A stretch of 64,000 nt of DNA from an uncultured Haloferula sp. GTDB taxonomy: Bacteria > Verrucomicrobiota > Verrucomicrobiia > Verrucomicrobiales > Akkermansiaceae. Made by a program: the position numbers and the translations under genes. Positions within the stretch are counted from its first letter, which is position 1, and each line of letters opens with the position of its first letter. Location of the stretch: NCBI GenBank assembly GCA_965652295.1, contig CBFGTS010000004.1, positions 128,001 through 192,000 of the forward strand, written 5' to 3'. The notes beneath the pieces were generated by a model. It did not search any database and was not told where the DNA came from. It worked only from the letters and a program-made list of their open reading frames with translations. Of this stretch, positions 9,677-19,087 are shown in pieces.

Positions 9677-11254
9677 TCAGCGGACGCGCTCAAGCAACCA
9701 GGCCAGCAGGCCCTCGACCGGCAGGCGCTCCTGTTCCATGGAGTCGCGGTGGCGCACGGTGACGGTGCCCTTCAGCTCCTCGCCGTTTTCACCGATGGTG
9801 TCGAAATCGACGGTGATGCAGAACGGGGTGCCGATCTCATCCTGGCGACGGTAGCGCCGGCCGACGGCGCCGCCGTCGTCGTAGAAGACGTTCATCCACG
9901 GCTGGAGCGTTTTCTGAATCTCGCGGCAGATGCGGACCTGTTCCTCGTTCTTCTTCAGAAGGGGGAAAATCCCGACCTTGATGGGAGCCATGCGTGGGAC
10001 GAAGCGCAGCACGGTGCGGACGTCCTTCTTGCCTTTGTCGTCGGTGAGTTCCTCTTCGTCAAACGCCTCGCAGATCATGGCGAGCACGGTGCGGTCGCAG
10101 CCGGCGGAGGGCTCGACGACGTGGGGGAGGAAGCGTTCCTTGGTTTCCTCGTCGAAGTATTCAAGCGGCTTTCCGGAGCCTTTCTGATGAACGCCGAGGT
10201 CGTAATCGGTGCGGTAGGCGACGCCTTCCAGTTCCTGGATTCCGAAGGGGAACTCGTATTCGATGTCGTAGGTTTTCTTCGAGTAGAAGGCGCGCTCGCC
10301 GTCGGGGACGTCGAGGATGTGCAGCTTGTCGCGCGGGACGCCGATCTCCTCGTAGAAGTTGAGGCGGGCTTCGAGCCACTCGTCGGTGAGACGCAGGCCG
10401 TCCTCGGGGCGGCAGAAGTATTCGATCTCCATCTGCTCGAACTCGCGGCTACGGAAGGTGTAGTTGCGCGGGTTGATCTCGTTGCGGAACGACTTGCCGA
10501 CCTGGGCGATGCCGAAGGGCAGCTTCACGCGGTTGGAGTCGAGGATGTTCTTGTACTGGGCGAAGATCGACTGGGCGGTTTCCGGGCGGAGATAGGCGAC
10601 CGCGTTCGGGTCGTTTTCGTCGGCCGAGGCCCCCATGGTCGTCTTGAACATGAGGTTGAAATCGCGGGGCTCGGTGAGGAGCGATCCGTTCTCAGGATTG
10701 AAGGAAGTGCTGCCGGTGACGGTCTCCTGGCGGTCTTCGGTGATCTCAAGCTCCTTCGGAGAGACTTTCTTGTCCGGCATGAACTGGGCGTAGTACTGGC
10801 GGGCGACCTTTTTCGCGGAAGCCGGTTCCTTGTCCGGAGCGACCAATACGGCGAAGGGGCGCTCAACGCTCCAGCCGGTTTCGAGCTTGGCTCCGGAAAA
10901 CCAGACGACGGTGCCGTCCTGCGCGGGGATCTGGTCGGCGCGCAGGCGGGATTTGGACAGAAGGCAGTCGCACATCGGATCGCTGAAACCGTCGAGGTGG
11001 CCGGACGATTTGAGGACCTGCTGCATCGTCAGGATCGCGCCATCCATCCCGAGCACGTCATCGCGCTCCTGGACGGTCTTGCGCCACCAATAGTCCTTGA
11101 GGTTGCGCTTCAGCTCGGCACCCAGCGGGCCGTAGTCCCAGCAACCATTCAGCCCTCCGTAGAGTTCGCCGGCTTGGAAAATGAAGCCGCGGCGTTTGCA
11201 GAGGGAGACGATTTTCTCCATGCGGACGGGGTCGGTATGCTCCTTGTTGGCCAT
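9677..11254 (-). CDS. glyQS: Glycine--tRNA ligase (alpha2 type)
   Basis: YLRPETAQ, GKSFRNEI, REFEQME, IQELEG, VVEPSAG and anticodon domain GRRYRRQDEIGTPFC. Start MANKEH. Confidence 0.95.
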   Translation of the reverse strand: MANKEHTDPVRMEKIVSLCKRRGFIFQAGELYGGLNGCWDYGPLGAELKRNLKDYWWRKTVQERDDVLGMDGAILTMQQVLKSSGHLDGFSDPMCDCLLSKSRLRADQIPAQDGTVVWFSGAKLETGWSVERPFAVLVAPDKEPASAKKVARQYYAQFMPDKKVSPKELEITEDRQETVTGSTSFNPENGSLLTEPRDFNLMFKTTMGASADENDPNAVAYLRPETAQSIFAQYKNILDSNRVKLPFGIAQVGKSFRNEINPRNYTFRSREFEQMEIEYFCRPEDGLRLTDEWLEARLNFYEEIGVPRDKLHILDVPDGERAFYSKKTYDIEYEFPFGIQELEGVAYRTDYDLGVHQKGSGKPLEYFDEETKERFLPHVVEPSAGCDRTVLAMICEAFDEEELTDDKGKKDVRTVLRFVPRMAPIKVGIFPLLKKNEEQVRICREIQKTLQPWMNVFYDDGGAVGRRYRRQDEIGTPFCITVDFDTIGENGEELKGTVTVRHRDSMEQERLPVEGLLAWLLERVR

Positions 11255-11417
11255 GATTTGATGCGGAAAACGGTGGGCCGGGAGGAAATCAGTCCGCTTC
11301 GGCCGGGGCAAGGCGCGATTCGTTGGGGAATGGCAGCCGGTGTGTGGCATCCCAGGTGGAAACAACGCCTCGAATTCCCAATCGCCACCCGCACCGGCAC
11401 TGGTGCATGGATGTGGC

Positions 11418-12347
11418 GTGCTTGCCGCATCGCTGCTGACATTGCTGAGTTTCGGGCTCCTGTTTGTGGGAGCGGAATGGTTGGTGAAGGGAGGTGCCGG
11501 AGTGGCGCTGCGTCTCGGGCTGACGGCCTTGGTCGTGGGGCTGACGGTGGTCGCCTACGGAACCTCGTCGCCGGAACTGCTGGTTTCCCTGAAAGCGGCG
11601 TGGGCGGGACAGCCCGGGATCGCGGTGGGGAACGTCGTCGGCTCGAACATCTTCAACATCGCCGTGATCCTCGGGCTGGCGTCGTTGATCCGCCCGGTGC
11701 GGGTCGAGGCGTCGGTGATCCGGCGGGATGCGCCCGTGATGGTCGCGGTGACGCTCGCCGGTATCGCTGCGCTCTGGGATGGAAATGTTTCCCGCTGGGA
11801 AGGAGCGCTGCTGGTCTTGGCGAGCGTGGTTTACACGGTGTGGATCGTGGTGGCGGCGCGAAAGGAGAAGTCTTCCGAGGATGAAGGCTTGAAGCCGCTC
11901 GGGGTGGGGAAGGCGCTTTTCTTCATCATCGCAGGACTGATCGTGCTCGCGCTAGGTTCACGCTTGTTGGTGGACAATGCGGTGGTGATCGCCCGGGGAC
12001 TCGGGGTTTCCGAGGCGGTCATCGGGCTGACGATCATCGCGGCCGGCACGTCCATGCCCGAGTTGGCGACCTCGGCCATCGGCGCATTCCGCGGCCAGTC
12101 GGACATCGCCTTGGGAAATGTGGTGGGCTCGAACATCTTCAACGTTCTTTTCGTGATGGGCCTCGCGGCGGTGGTGCATCCCATCGAGGGAGCGGCGCTC
12201 CGCGGCGTGGATCAGCTCTTCCTGCTGGGGACGGCCGTGCTTCTGGCTCCCCTGATGTGGACCGGGCGGGTGATCGGGCGGCGCGAGGGAGGGATCCTGT
12301 TGGCCTCCTACGCGGCGTACCTCTGGCTGATGTGGCCGAAGGGATAG
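11418..12347 (+). CDS. Calcium/sodium antiporter (CaCA, YrbG-like)
   Basis: Two alpha repeats GTSSPEL/GTSMPEL and GNVVGSNIFN twice. GTG start inferred. Confidence 0.9.
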   Translation: MLAASLLTLLSFGLLFVGAEWLVKGGAGVALRLGLTALVVGLTVVAYGTSSPELLVSLKAAWAGQPGIAVGNVVGSNIFNIAVILGLASLIRPVRVEASVIRRDAPVMVAVTLAGIAALWDGNVSRWEGALLVLASVVYTVWIVVAARKEKSSEDEGLKPLGVGKALFFIIAGLIVLALGSRLLVDNAVVIARGLGVSEAVIGLTIIAAGTSMPELATSAIGAFRGQSDIALGNVVGSNIFNVLFVMGLAAVVHPIEGAALRGVDQLFLLGTAVLLAPLMWTGRVIGRREGGILLASYAAYLWLMWPKG

Positions 12348-12348
12348 C

Positions 12349-12386
12349 AGCCTGTTGAAAAGACCATCCGGGTTTTTCAACAGGCT
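12349..12386. terminator. Inverted repeat between convergent genes (bidirectional terminator-like)
   Basis: Perfect 13-bp IR AGCCTGTTGAAAA / TTTTCAACAGGCT. Confidence 0.65.
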
Positions 12387-14198
12387 TCAAGTGAATGGCC
12401 AGAGAACGGGAATCAGCAGGCAGGCGGTCACCCAGCAAATCCCATTCAAGGGCAGGCCGACGCGCAGGAAATCCGCGAAACGAAAACCGCCGGGACCATA
12501 GACCATCAGGTGCGTCTGGTAGCCCATCGGTAAAGCGAATGCCAGGGAGGAGGCGAGGATCACGCCGATGGCAAAAGGTCGTGTGGCGACGTCCATTTGT
12601 TCGGCGAGAGGAATCACCAGCGGCAGCATCATGACCGCGGTGGCATTGTTTGACAGCACCTCGGTCAGTAGCAGAGTGAGCAGGAAAACTCCCCACAGGA
12701 GAGCATAAGGCAGCATTTCCGGGGAAACGAAGCCGGCCGCCAGCGCGACCAGACCTTTGGCGAGATAGGCTGCGGTGCCGGTGGTTTGCATGGCCATTCC
12801 GAGGCCGAGGAGTCCGTAGAGCATGAACAGCACCTGCCAGTCGATCGCCTGATAGGCCGCCCGAGGGGTGAGCACGCGCGACCAAAGCAGAACCAAAGCG
12901 GCAACGATGGCCGCGAAATGGATGGGCACCGCTGGAACGCCTGGAATCCGGGCATGAAGAAAATCGGAGAGAGTTGCGGTGGCGACCGTGCCGACGAGAG
13001 CAGAGATCGCGAGGACGGCGTGGGATTTCCGCAACGGCGGTCCCGCAGCCGGCGCGTCGGTCAAAACGAAATCATGGCTCGCCTTGAGTTCGTCCAGATT
13101 GAATGCGGGCGTGACCACCAGCAGGCTGTCACCGCTTTCGAGGGTGAGGTTGCCGAGCTGACGGGTGATGTTCTTCCCGCCGCGATGCAGGGCGAGAACC
13201 ACGGCATTGTAGCGTTGTCGAAAGGAGGTTTCGCTGAGTGTTCGACCCAGCAATGACGAATCGTGGCCCAAAACCAGTTCGGTCACGATCCCGTCGATTT
13301 CCGAAATCGGCTCGAGACCCAGAGCGGCCGCGAAGCTTCCTGGATCGGCCTTGGTGCCGTGGAAGGCGAGGAGGAACCGATCGAAGCGTTCGATGACCAG
13401 CTCGTTGAGTTGCTCGGTGAGACGGTGCCCTGCGCGGCGCACTTCGAGGATATGGATACCGGCCTCCGCGGCTGCGAGCGGAGAATCGATCCAACGCATT
13501 CCGACGAGCGGCGAATCGGCCATCACCAGCACATGATGGAGCGGCTTCCTCCGCTGATCTGAAGCGAGTAGGGCGGTGACCGAAGTGCGGGCGGGAATGA
13601 GCTTCGGTCCGAGGACGACCAGATAGGCAATGCCGGCGATGGCGATGGGAATGCCGATCGGAGCCAACTCGAACATCGAAAGGGGCCTTTGTCCCATTTC
13701 CACCAGCACGCCATTGGCGAGGAGGTTGGTCGAGGTGCCGATGAGCGTGCAGCAACCTCCGAGGATCGATGCGTAGGAGAGGGGCATCAGCAGGCGGCCG
13801 GCGGCCATGTCGCGGGAGCGGGCGAACCCGAGGACCACGGGCATGAGGATCGCCACGATGGCCGTGTTGTTCATGAACGCGCTGGCCGAGGCGGAGAGCA
13901 GGGTGATCCCGAGAATCGAGGTCCGCACCCCGCCGGTGAGATGGCGCTTCAGAAAGAGCCCCATCTTGGCGACCGCCCCGGTCTCCTCCAACGCACCGCC
14001 GATCACGAACAGCGCTGCAATCGTGAGCGGGGCCTCGTTTTTGAAGACCTCCGCCATCCGCTCCATGGGCACCAGACCGAGGGCGACGACCAGGCAGAGG
14101 GTCGAGAGCGCGAGAACGTCCGGGGGAGCCCACTCGCGCACGAAGGCGATGAGGACAAGGGTGACGACGCCGAGGGTGAGCGCGATATCGAGGCTCAT
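12387..14198 (-). CDS. SLC13/DASS family permease with TrkA-C domains
   Basis: SAFMNNTAIV, GGCCTLIGTSTNL, TEVLSNNA, PMGYQTHLMVYGPGG; central RCK-C repeats. Confidence 0.9.
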   Translation of the reverse strand: MSLDIALTLGVVTLVLIAFVREWAPPDVLALSTLCLVVALGLVPMERMAEVFKNEAPLTIAALFVIGGALEETGAVAKMGLFLKRHLTGGVRTSILGITLLSASASAFMNNTAIVAILMPVVLGFARSRDMAAGRLLMPLSYASILGGCCTLIGTSTNLLANGVLVEMGQRPLSMFELAPIGIPIAIAGIAYLVVLGPKLIPARTSVTALLASDQRRKPLHHVLVMADSPLVGMRWIDSPLAAAEAGIHILEVRRAGHRLTEQLNELVIERFDRFLLAFHGTKADPGSFAAALGLEPISEIDGIVTELVLGHDSSLLGRTLSETSFRQRYNAVVLALHRGGKNITRQLGNLTLESGDSLLVVTPAFNLDELKASHDFVLTDAPAAGPPLRKSHAVLAISALVGTVATATLSDFLHARIPGVPAVPIHFAAIVAALVLLWSRVLTPRAAYQAIDWQVLFMLYGLLGLGMAMQTTGTAAYLAKGLVALAAGFVSPEMLPYALLWGVFLLTLLLTEVLSNNATAVMMLPLVIPLAEQMDVATRPFAIGVILASSLAFALPMGYQTHLMVYGPGGFRFADFLRVGLPLNGICWVTACLLIPVLWPFT

Positions 14199-14287
14199 GG
14201 ATGCGTCATCCCCGTATCGGAAAACACCGGGCTGGCAAGCGACATCATCGCTTGCGATTCCACCTCGGGAGACCTCAGCATCCGGTC

Positions 14288-14839
14288 ATGCAACGCTGCC
14301 CGTGGGTGCCGGAGGACAAGCCGCTTTACGTTGAGTATCACGACGCCGAATGGGGCGTGCCGTCGCGGGATCCGCGCTATCTTTTCGAAATGATCTGTCT
14401 GGAGGGGGCGCAGGCAGGTCTCTCATGGTGGACGGTGCTTCAGAAGCGCGCGCGCTACCGCGAGGTGTTCCGGAATTTCGAGCCGGAAGCGGTGGCACGG
14501 ATGACCGACCGGCAGCTCGAGAAGCTGGTGGAGGATCCGGGTATCATCCGCCACCGTGGCAAGGTTTTTTCCGTCCGCCAGAACGCCCGTGCGTGGCTGG
14601 AGCTGGACGAGCCCGTCGAGTGGCTGTGGTCGTTTGTGGGCGGAAAGACCATCGTCAACCGTCCGCGGGCGATGGCCGACTACGCGGCCACCACCCCGCA
14701 GTCGGACGCCCTGAGCAAGGCATTGCGGAAGGCGGGGTTCAACTTCGTCGGCTCGACCACGATGCATGCCTTCATGCAAGCCGTCGGGATGGTCAACGAC
14801 CACTCGGCGGACTGTTTCAGGAGAAAGTGCGTCCTATAG
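14288..14839 (+). CDS. tag: DNA-3-methyladenine glycosylase I
   Basis: RCPW...YHDAEWG, LEGAQAGLSW, IIRHRGK, FMQAVGMVNDH..C. Confidence 0.92.
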   Translation: MQRCPWVPEDKPLYVEYHDAEWGVPSRDPRYLFEMICLEGAQAGLSWWTVLQKRARYREVFRNFEPEAVARMTDRQLEKLVEDPGIIRHRGKVFSVRQNARAWLELDEPVEWLWSFVGGKTIVNRPRAMADYAATTPQSDALSKALRKAGFNFVGSTTMHAFMQAVGMVNDHSADCFRRKCVL

Positions 14840-14858
14840 GTCCGATGGGTTCCATTCC

Positions 14859-16274
14859 TCACCACGTGTAGTGCGCGGTATAGGTGATGGTCTTCTCCTC
14901 GTCCGGTTGCAGGGCCACGGTGAACTCGATCGTCTGGGCGTCTTCTTTCACGAACTCCATGGACGGGTTCTCGATCTCCCAGTTCGACCAGCGCCAGAGG
15001 TGCTCGCGGACGATGATGGTTTTCGGTTCCTTCGAGCGATTTTTCACGATGACTTCCACCGACTCGCGGATCCATTCCTGCCGATTCTTGCTCTGAAAGT
15101 CGGTGATCTTCCGCTCGCCGACGAGATCGAAGGCGTTGCCGGTGTAGATGCTCAGGTCCTCGTTGCGCGGTGTGTGGTCGATGTTGTTCTCTCCGACGAA
15201 CTCGAGGTTTCCATCCGCGGAGTCTTCCCGGTAGAAGCGCACTCTTCCGGCGGGAAGAGGAACGCCGAGCCCATTCTGCTCCGTATTACTAAATTCCCAG
15301 TAGATCGCGACGTCCTTCGGGAAGGTTTGCCCCTGGATCGGCTGAGTCTGCACGCCTCCCCGGAAGCGGAACATGGAAGCGGGGTCATAAACGTATTTCT
15401 TCACCGCCGTCACCTCGGGAGAACGGAGGAACTCGACCTGCTTGGTTTCCTTGTCGCGGATCGTGAGTGGACGCGGCAGCGTGTAGAGGTGGAAATCGTC
15501 GAAGGCCTTCTCCTCGACCGTCTCCGCCGCGGGAACGGCTGCCATGTCCAGAAATTGACGTCCCATCGTCTGAACCTGCGGCTCGACGAGGTTCACGTCT
15601 CCCGCCACGAGCTTCACCTTCGCGTCATCGAAGCCGGTGCCGGACTGGTTGCTCACTGTCACCCAGCCGGTCAGTGAAACGGTCTCGCCTTTTTCCGGGG
15701 CGACGAGGTTGTAGTCCGCCTCCCACGAGAAACCGGAAGTTAGATAGGACAGCTGCGCGTCGAAATCCGCCGCGGCAGGCGAGGCGATCTGCCACGTCAG
15801 GGTCGGGCGCAGGATGGAGCCATCGCCTAGTGAGGGAAACAGCGGTTCCCCGGGGAGGGAGAAGATCAGGTTGCCATCGACCTCGATGATCGGCTCGGTC
15901 GGCTGGCCGCCGGGGACGTAGCCGGAACGGACGATTTTTCCATCCACCAGCTCGACGCGGCCGTCCGGGTAGGTGTGGCTGAATTGGATCGCCTTTCCCT
16001 CGAAATGGCTCAGCAGCAGCCAGCGGCTGACAGGGTCATTGCGGTAGCTCTGCACCAGGACCGAAAAGTCATGTTCACCCGCTGGATCGCGCAACACGAC
16101 CGAGTCCGCCTGCACCTGCGCGGTGGCGCGGTCGAAGGACACGGTGGTTTCTCCCGCGGCGAGTTGGAGCGGCAGGGTCTCGCGGACGACGGCGAGGTTC
16201 TGGTTGTAAATCGTGAGGGCCGGTTGTCCGGAAGCGCCGATGGCAAGGGTGGTGAGCAGCAAAGAAGTCTTCAT
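14859..16274 (-). CDS. Secreted DUF4139/DUF4140-type protein
   Basis: Signal peptide, LTIYNQNLAVVRE, LSYLTSGFSWEADY, PLPAGRVRFY, FVGENNIDHTP. Confidence 0.8.
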   Translation of the reverse strand: MKTSLLLTTLAIGASGQPALTIYNQNLAVVRETLPLQLAAGETTVSFDRATAQVQADSVVLRDPAGEHDFSVLVQSYRNDPVSRWLLLSHFEGKAIQFSHTYPDGRVELVDGKIVRSGYVPGGQPTEPIIEVDGNLIFSLPGEPLFPSLGDGSILRPTLTWQIASPAAADFDAQLSYLTSGFSWEADYNLVAPEKGETVSLTGWVTVSNQSGTGFDDAKVKLVAGDVNLVEPQVQTMGRQFLDMAAVPAAETVEEKAFDDFHLYTLPRPLTIRDKETKQVEFLRSPEVTAVKKYVYDPASMFRFRGGVQTQPIQGQTFPKDVAIYWEFSNTEQNGLGVPLPAGRVRFYREDSADGNLEFVGENNIDHTPRNEDLSIYTGNAFDLVGERKITDFQSKNRQEWIRESVEVIVKNRSKEPKTIIVREHLWRWSNWEIENPSMEFVKEDAQTIEFTVALQPDEEKTITYTAHYTW

Positions 16275-16338
16275 GGTCTATCCTGCATTGAAGCGCGGAG
16301 CGGCGATTGTGACAGGGAAAATCCTGTCGACTTCGATT

Positions 16339-17769
16339 TCATAAGATCGGGGCGGCGAGGCGCGCCGCGCGGGCGGCGAGGCGGAACCAGAGCGGGCGCT
16401 CGGAAAAATCGGCGGGCCCGGCCGCGACCGCTTGCTCGAAATCCTTGGCCAGCATTTTCTTCACTTCGGCGACGAATCGCGCGTCGGTGCTCACGGCGGT
16501 CAGCTCGAAATTCAGGCGGAACGAGCGATTGTCGAGATTCGCCGTGCCGATGAACGCGTAGCGGTCGTCCACCAGCATCGCCTTCTGGTGCAGGAAACCA
16601 GCCTGGTAGCGGAGGATGCGGATTCCGTAGGGGATCGTCTCGTCGAAGAACGTGTGCGCGGCCAGCCAGACCATCAGGTGGTCGGCCTTCTCCGGGATGA
16701 GGATGCGAACGTCGACGCCGCGGATGGCGGCCGCCTGGAGCGCGGTCAGCACGCCTTGATCCGGCACGAAATAAGGGGAGGCAATCCAGAGGCGCTCCCG
16801 ACTGCTGTTGGCGGCCTCGGCGACGACCAACTGCCACGAGTCGGCCGGGTCGGCGGGGCCGGTCGGCAGGATGGCCGCGACTTGGTTCGCGGGTTCCTCG
16901 TGCGAGTCCCAATGGAGGTCGGGCCAAGTCGGGGCGACCCAGTTCCAGTCCTCGAGAAACACGAGCTGGATCGCTTGCACGCACGGCCCGCGCAGGCGCA
17001 GGTGGGTGTCCCGCCAGTGGCCGAAGCGCAGGTCGCGGCCGAGGTACTCGTCGCCCACGTTGAGCCCTCCGAGAAACGCCTCTTTGCCATCGGTCACCAC
17101 GGTCTTCCGGTGGTTGCGGAAGTTGATCTGAAGACGCGACCACCAATGCCGGTTGACGCCGAAGGAGCGGCATTCGACTCCGGCATCCGCGAGTTCCGAA
17201 AGGTAGGTCCCGGCCAGTTTGATCGAGCCGAACTCATCGAACAGGAAGTACACCTTCACGCCCGCCCGGGCGCGGGCAATGAGCGCGTCCTTGAAGCGCT
17301 GGCCGATGCGGTCGTTCTTCACGATGAAGAAATTCACCAGGATGTAGCGTCGGGCGGACTCGATCGATTTGAAGATCGCCTCGAAGGTCTGGTCGCCGTC
17401 GATCAGCAGGTGGAGCTGGTTTCCGCGGGTGAACGGCAATCCGCCGAGTTGCGCGGCGGCGCGGCCGAAAGCGTCGTCGGGCTGGAGTTCGAAGTGACGG
17501 AGGCGCCGGTGCATGTCGTCGGCCAGCTTGCGAAGTCCCGCGTCTTCAGCACGACGAGCGCGGACGTAGCCCGCGAATTTCTGCCGCCCGGCGATCCAGT
17601 AGAAGGGGATGGCCACCCACGGCGCGACGATCATGCAGACGATCCAGGCGATCGTGCCCTGGGCCGTGCGACCGCGCATCAGCACGTGGAAAACGTGCAG
17701 CAGGCCGAGCAAGTGCAGGCAGACAAGCCCTGCGGCGAGGAGCGGGGCGGTCCATTCTGGGTGGGTCAC
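16339..17769 (-). CDS. cls: Cardiolipin synthase
   Basis: Two HKD motifs (RNHRKTVVTD, LHQKAMLVD), NLDNRSFRLNFE, N-terminal TM hairpin. Confidence 0.93.
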   Translation of the reverse strand: MTHPEWTAPLLAAGLVCLHLLGLLHVFHVLMRGRTAQGTIAWIVCMIVAPWVAIPFYWIAGRQKFAGYVRARRAEDAGLRKLADDMHRRLRHFELQPDDAFGRAAAQLGGLPFTRGNQLHLLIDGDQTFEAIFKSIESARRYILVNFFIVKNDRIGQRFKDALIARARAGVKVYFLFDEFGSIKLAGTYLSELADAGVECRSFGVNRHWWSRLQINFRNHRKTVVTDGKEAFLGGLNVGDEYLGRDLRFGHWRDTHLRLRGPCVQAIQLVFLEDWNWVAPTWPDLHWDSHEEPANQVAAILPTGPADPADSWQLVVAEAANSSRERLWIASPYFVPDQGVLTALQAAAIRGVDVRILIPEKADHLMVWLAAHTFFDETIPYGIRILRYQAGFLHQKAMLVDDRYAFIGTANLDNRSFRLNFELTAVSTDARFVAEVKKMLAKDFEQAVAAGPADFSERPLWFRLAARAARLAAPIL

Positions 17770-17870
17770 GCACGCAGATTAGCAGGTGCGTTGGCTGGAC
17801 CGCAATGCCCGTCGACGGCGGGTCGGTGGGAAGGGTGGTGAAGAAAGATATAAAAAGATGATTTCCGGTG

Positions 17871-17899
17871 TTGACGATTCGAGGCGGGATAGATAGAGA
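17871..17899 (+). promoter_or_regulatory. Putative sigma70 promoter of the leader/HNH/rtcB operon
   Basis: TTGACG -35 with A-rich upstream tract; -10 at 17-nt spacing (TAGAGA) is weak. Confidence 0.4.
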
Positions 17900-17922
17900 G
17901 TCGCGAACTCAACCGATCAGCC

Positions 17923-18084
17923 ATGCTCACGTATCCATCCGGCATCGACGTCACGCCCCGCGGCCTCCGCGGCGCGCTTCTGGTCGGCTGCATGGCTGGC
18001 AAAGGCCCTTCGGCATTCGAGCGATCCTTCCACGAGGATCCATTGAATCCGAGAAAAACGGAAAGCAGGGAAGGGTCGATATGA
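17923..18084 (+). CDS. Putative leader peptide (53 aa) of an attenuator
   Basis: Below ORF-track cutoff: MLTYPSGIDVTPRGLRGALLVGCMAGKGPSAFERSFHEDPLNPRKTESREGSI*. Its 3' end is complementary to the 5' arm of the downstream terminator. Confidence 0.55.
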   Translation: MLTYPSGIDVTPRGLRGALLVGCMAGKGPSAFERSFHEDPLNPRKTESREGSI

Positions 18085-18118
18085 CGACCCGCAAGTGTCA
18101 CAGGATCAATGTTCCGAC

Positions 18119-18150
18119 GCCCCGCTTTCTCCAGATTGCGGGGCTTTTTT
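18119..18150 (+). terminator. Attenuator terminator in the 5' leader
   Basis: GCCCCGC / GCGGGGC stem followed by T6, ~350 nt upstream of the first structural gene. Confidence 0.75.
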
Positions 18151-18344
18151 GTATTTCTGAATTTCCATCGAAAACGCCGTGCGCGGCGGACGAAATTTCA
18201 CTCCAGCTCATCTCAACGCCAACTCTCGCCCAAGCTCCGGGCCACCGAACCATTCCATCCTTTTCGTATCTTTTCACCGTCCGTGAGACGGCTCCCCTTC
18301 CTTTTGTTTTTTGAAAGATTTACGAGATCTTTAAAAAACATATC

Positions 18345-18416
18345 ACAAGGTCCGGGTGAAGTTTGTCCTGAATGTGTCCTTCTTGTTGCCATAAATGATA
18401 ACCTTCCGGCCTTCGT
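18345..18416 (+). ncRNA. Candidate Y-RNA-like small RNA
   Basis: 5' AAGGUCCGG can pair with 3' CCGGCCUU leaving one bulged C, resembling the Ro60-binding helix; pyrimidine-rich interior. Confidence 0.25.
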
Positions 18417-18496
18417 AAGTTCCTAGCCTCCGGGCGACCGGACGAGGCCGGACTCCGTCCGACATCGCGGGCCGTGCCCCGCAACCTCCACGATCC

Positions 18497-19087
18497 ATGA
18501 CCGACAGCATCCTCCATCGAGCCAGTGTTCTGGTGCTGAACCGCCATTGGATGGCCATCGACGCCATCTCGCCAGCGGGTGCGTTCAATCACCTCGTTTC
18601 CGGTTCCGCCCGTGCGGTGTGGATCGGGGACGGCGCGTTCCAGCCCATGGAATGGCAGGAATGGGCGGCTCTCGAGGTGCCGGAAGGGGTTCTCTCGATC
18701 GGCACCACCAAGGGGCGCATCCGCGTCCCGACGGTGATCCTGCTGAGCCGCTTCGATCGCGTGCCGATGGTGCGTCCGGTCTTCGGATTCCGCGGGATCT
18801 GGGAGCGCGACGGTGGACGGTGCCAGTACACCGGCCGGCACCTGAAGCCCGACGAGGCGAACATCGATCACATCGTCCCGCGCTCGCGGGGTGGTCGCGA
18901 CGAATGGGAGAACTGCGTGCTTTCCGATCGCCGGATCAATACCCGCAAGGGTGCCCGGACGCCGGAAGAAGCGGGACTCCGGCTGCTCACCACGCCAAAG
19001 GCTCCGAAGACCGTCCCCGCCACCCTGCGGATCCGGAATTCGTGGAAGGTCGAGGACTGGAATCACTTCCTCAAGTTCCCGAGCTGA
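18497..19087 (+). CDS. HNH endonuclease (McrA-like family)
   Basis: VLVLN, RVPTVILL, RDGGRCQYTG, NIDHIVPRSRGG..EWEN, N..KG.RTPEEAG. Confidence 0.9.
   Translation: MTDSILHRASVLVLNRHWMAIDAISPAGAFNHLVSGSARAVWIGDGAFQPMEWQEWAALEVPEGVLSIGTTKGRIRVPTVILLSRFDRVPMVRPVFGFRGIWERDGGRCQYTGRHLKPDEANIDHIVPRSRGGRDEWENCVLSDRRINTRKGARTPEEAGLRLLTTPKAPKTVPATLRIRNSWKVEDWNHFLKFPS

Noticed and set aside
12349..12386. IS end or MITE (GCCTGTTGAAAA resembles some IS termini)
   Set aside because: No transposase and a single copy in the window; adequately explained as a terminator.
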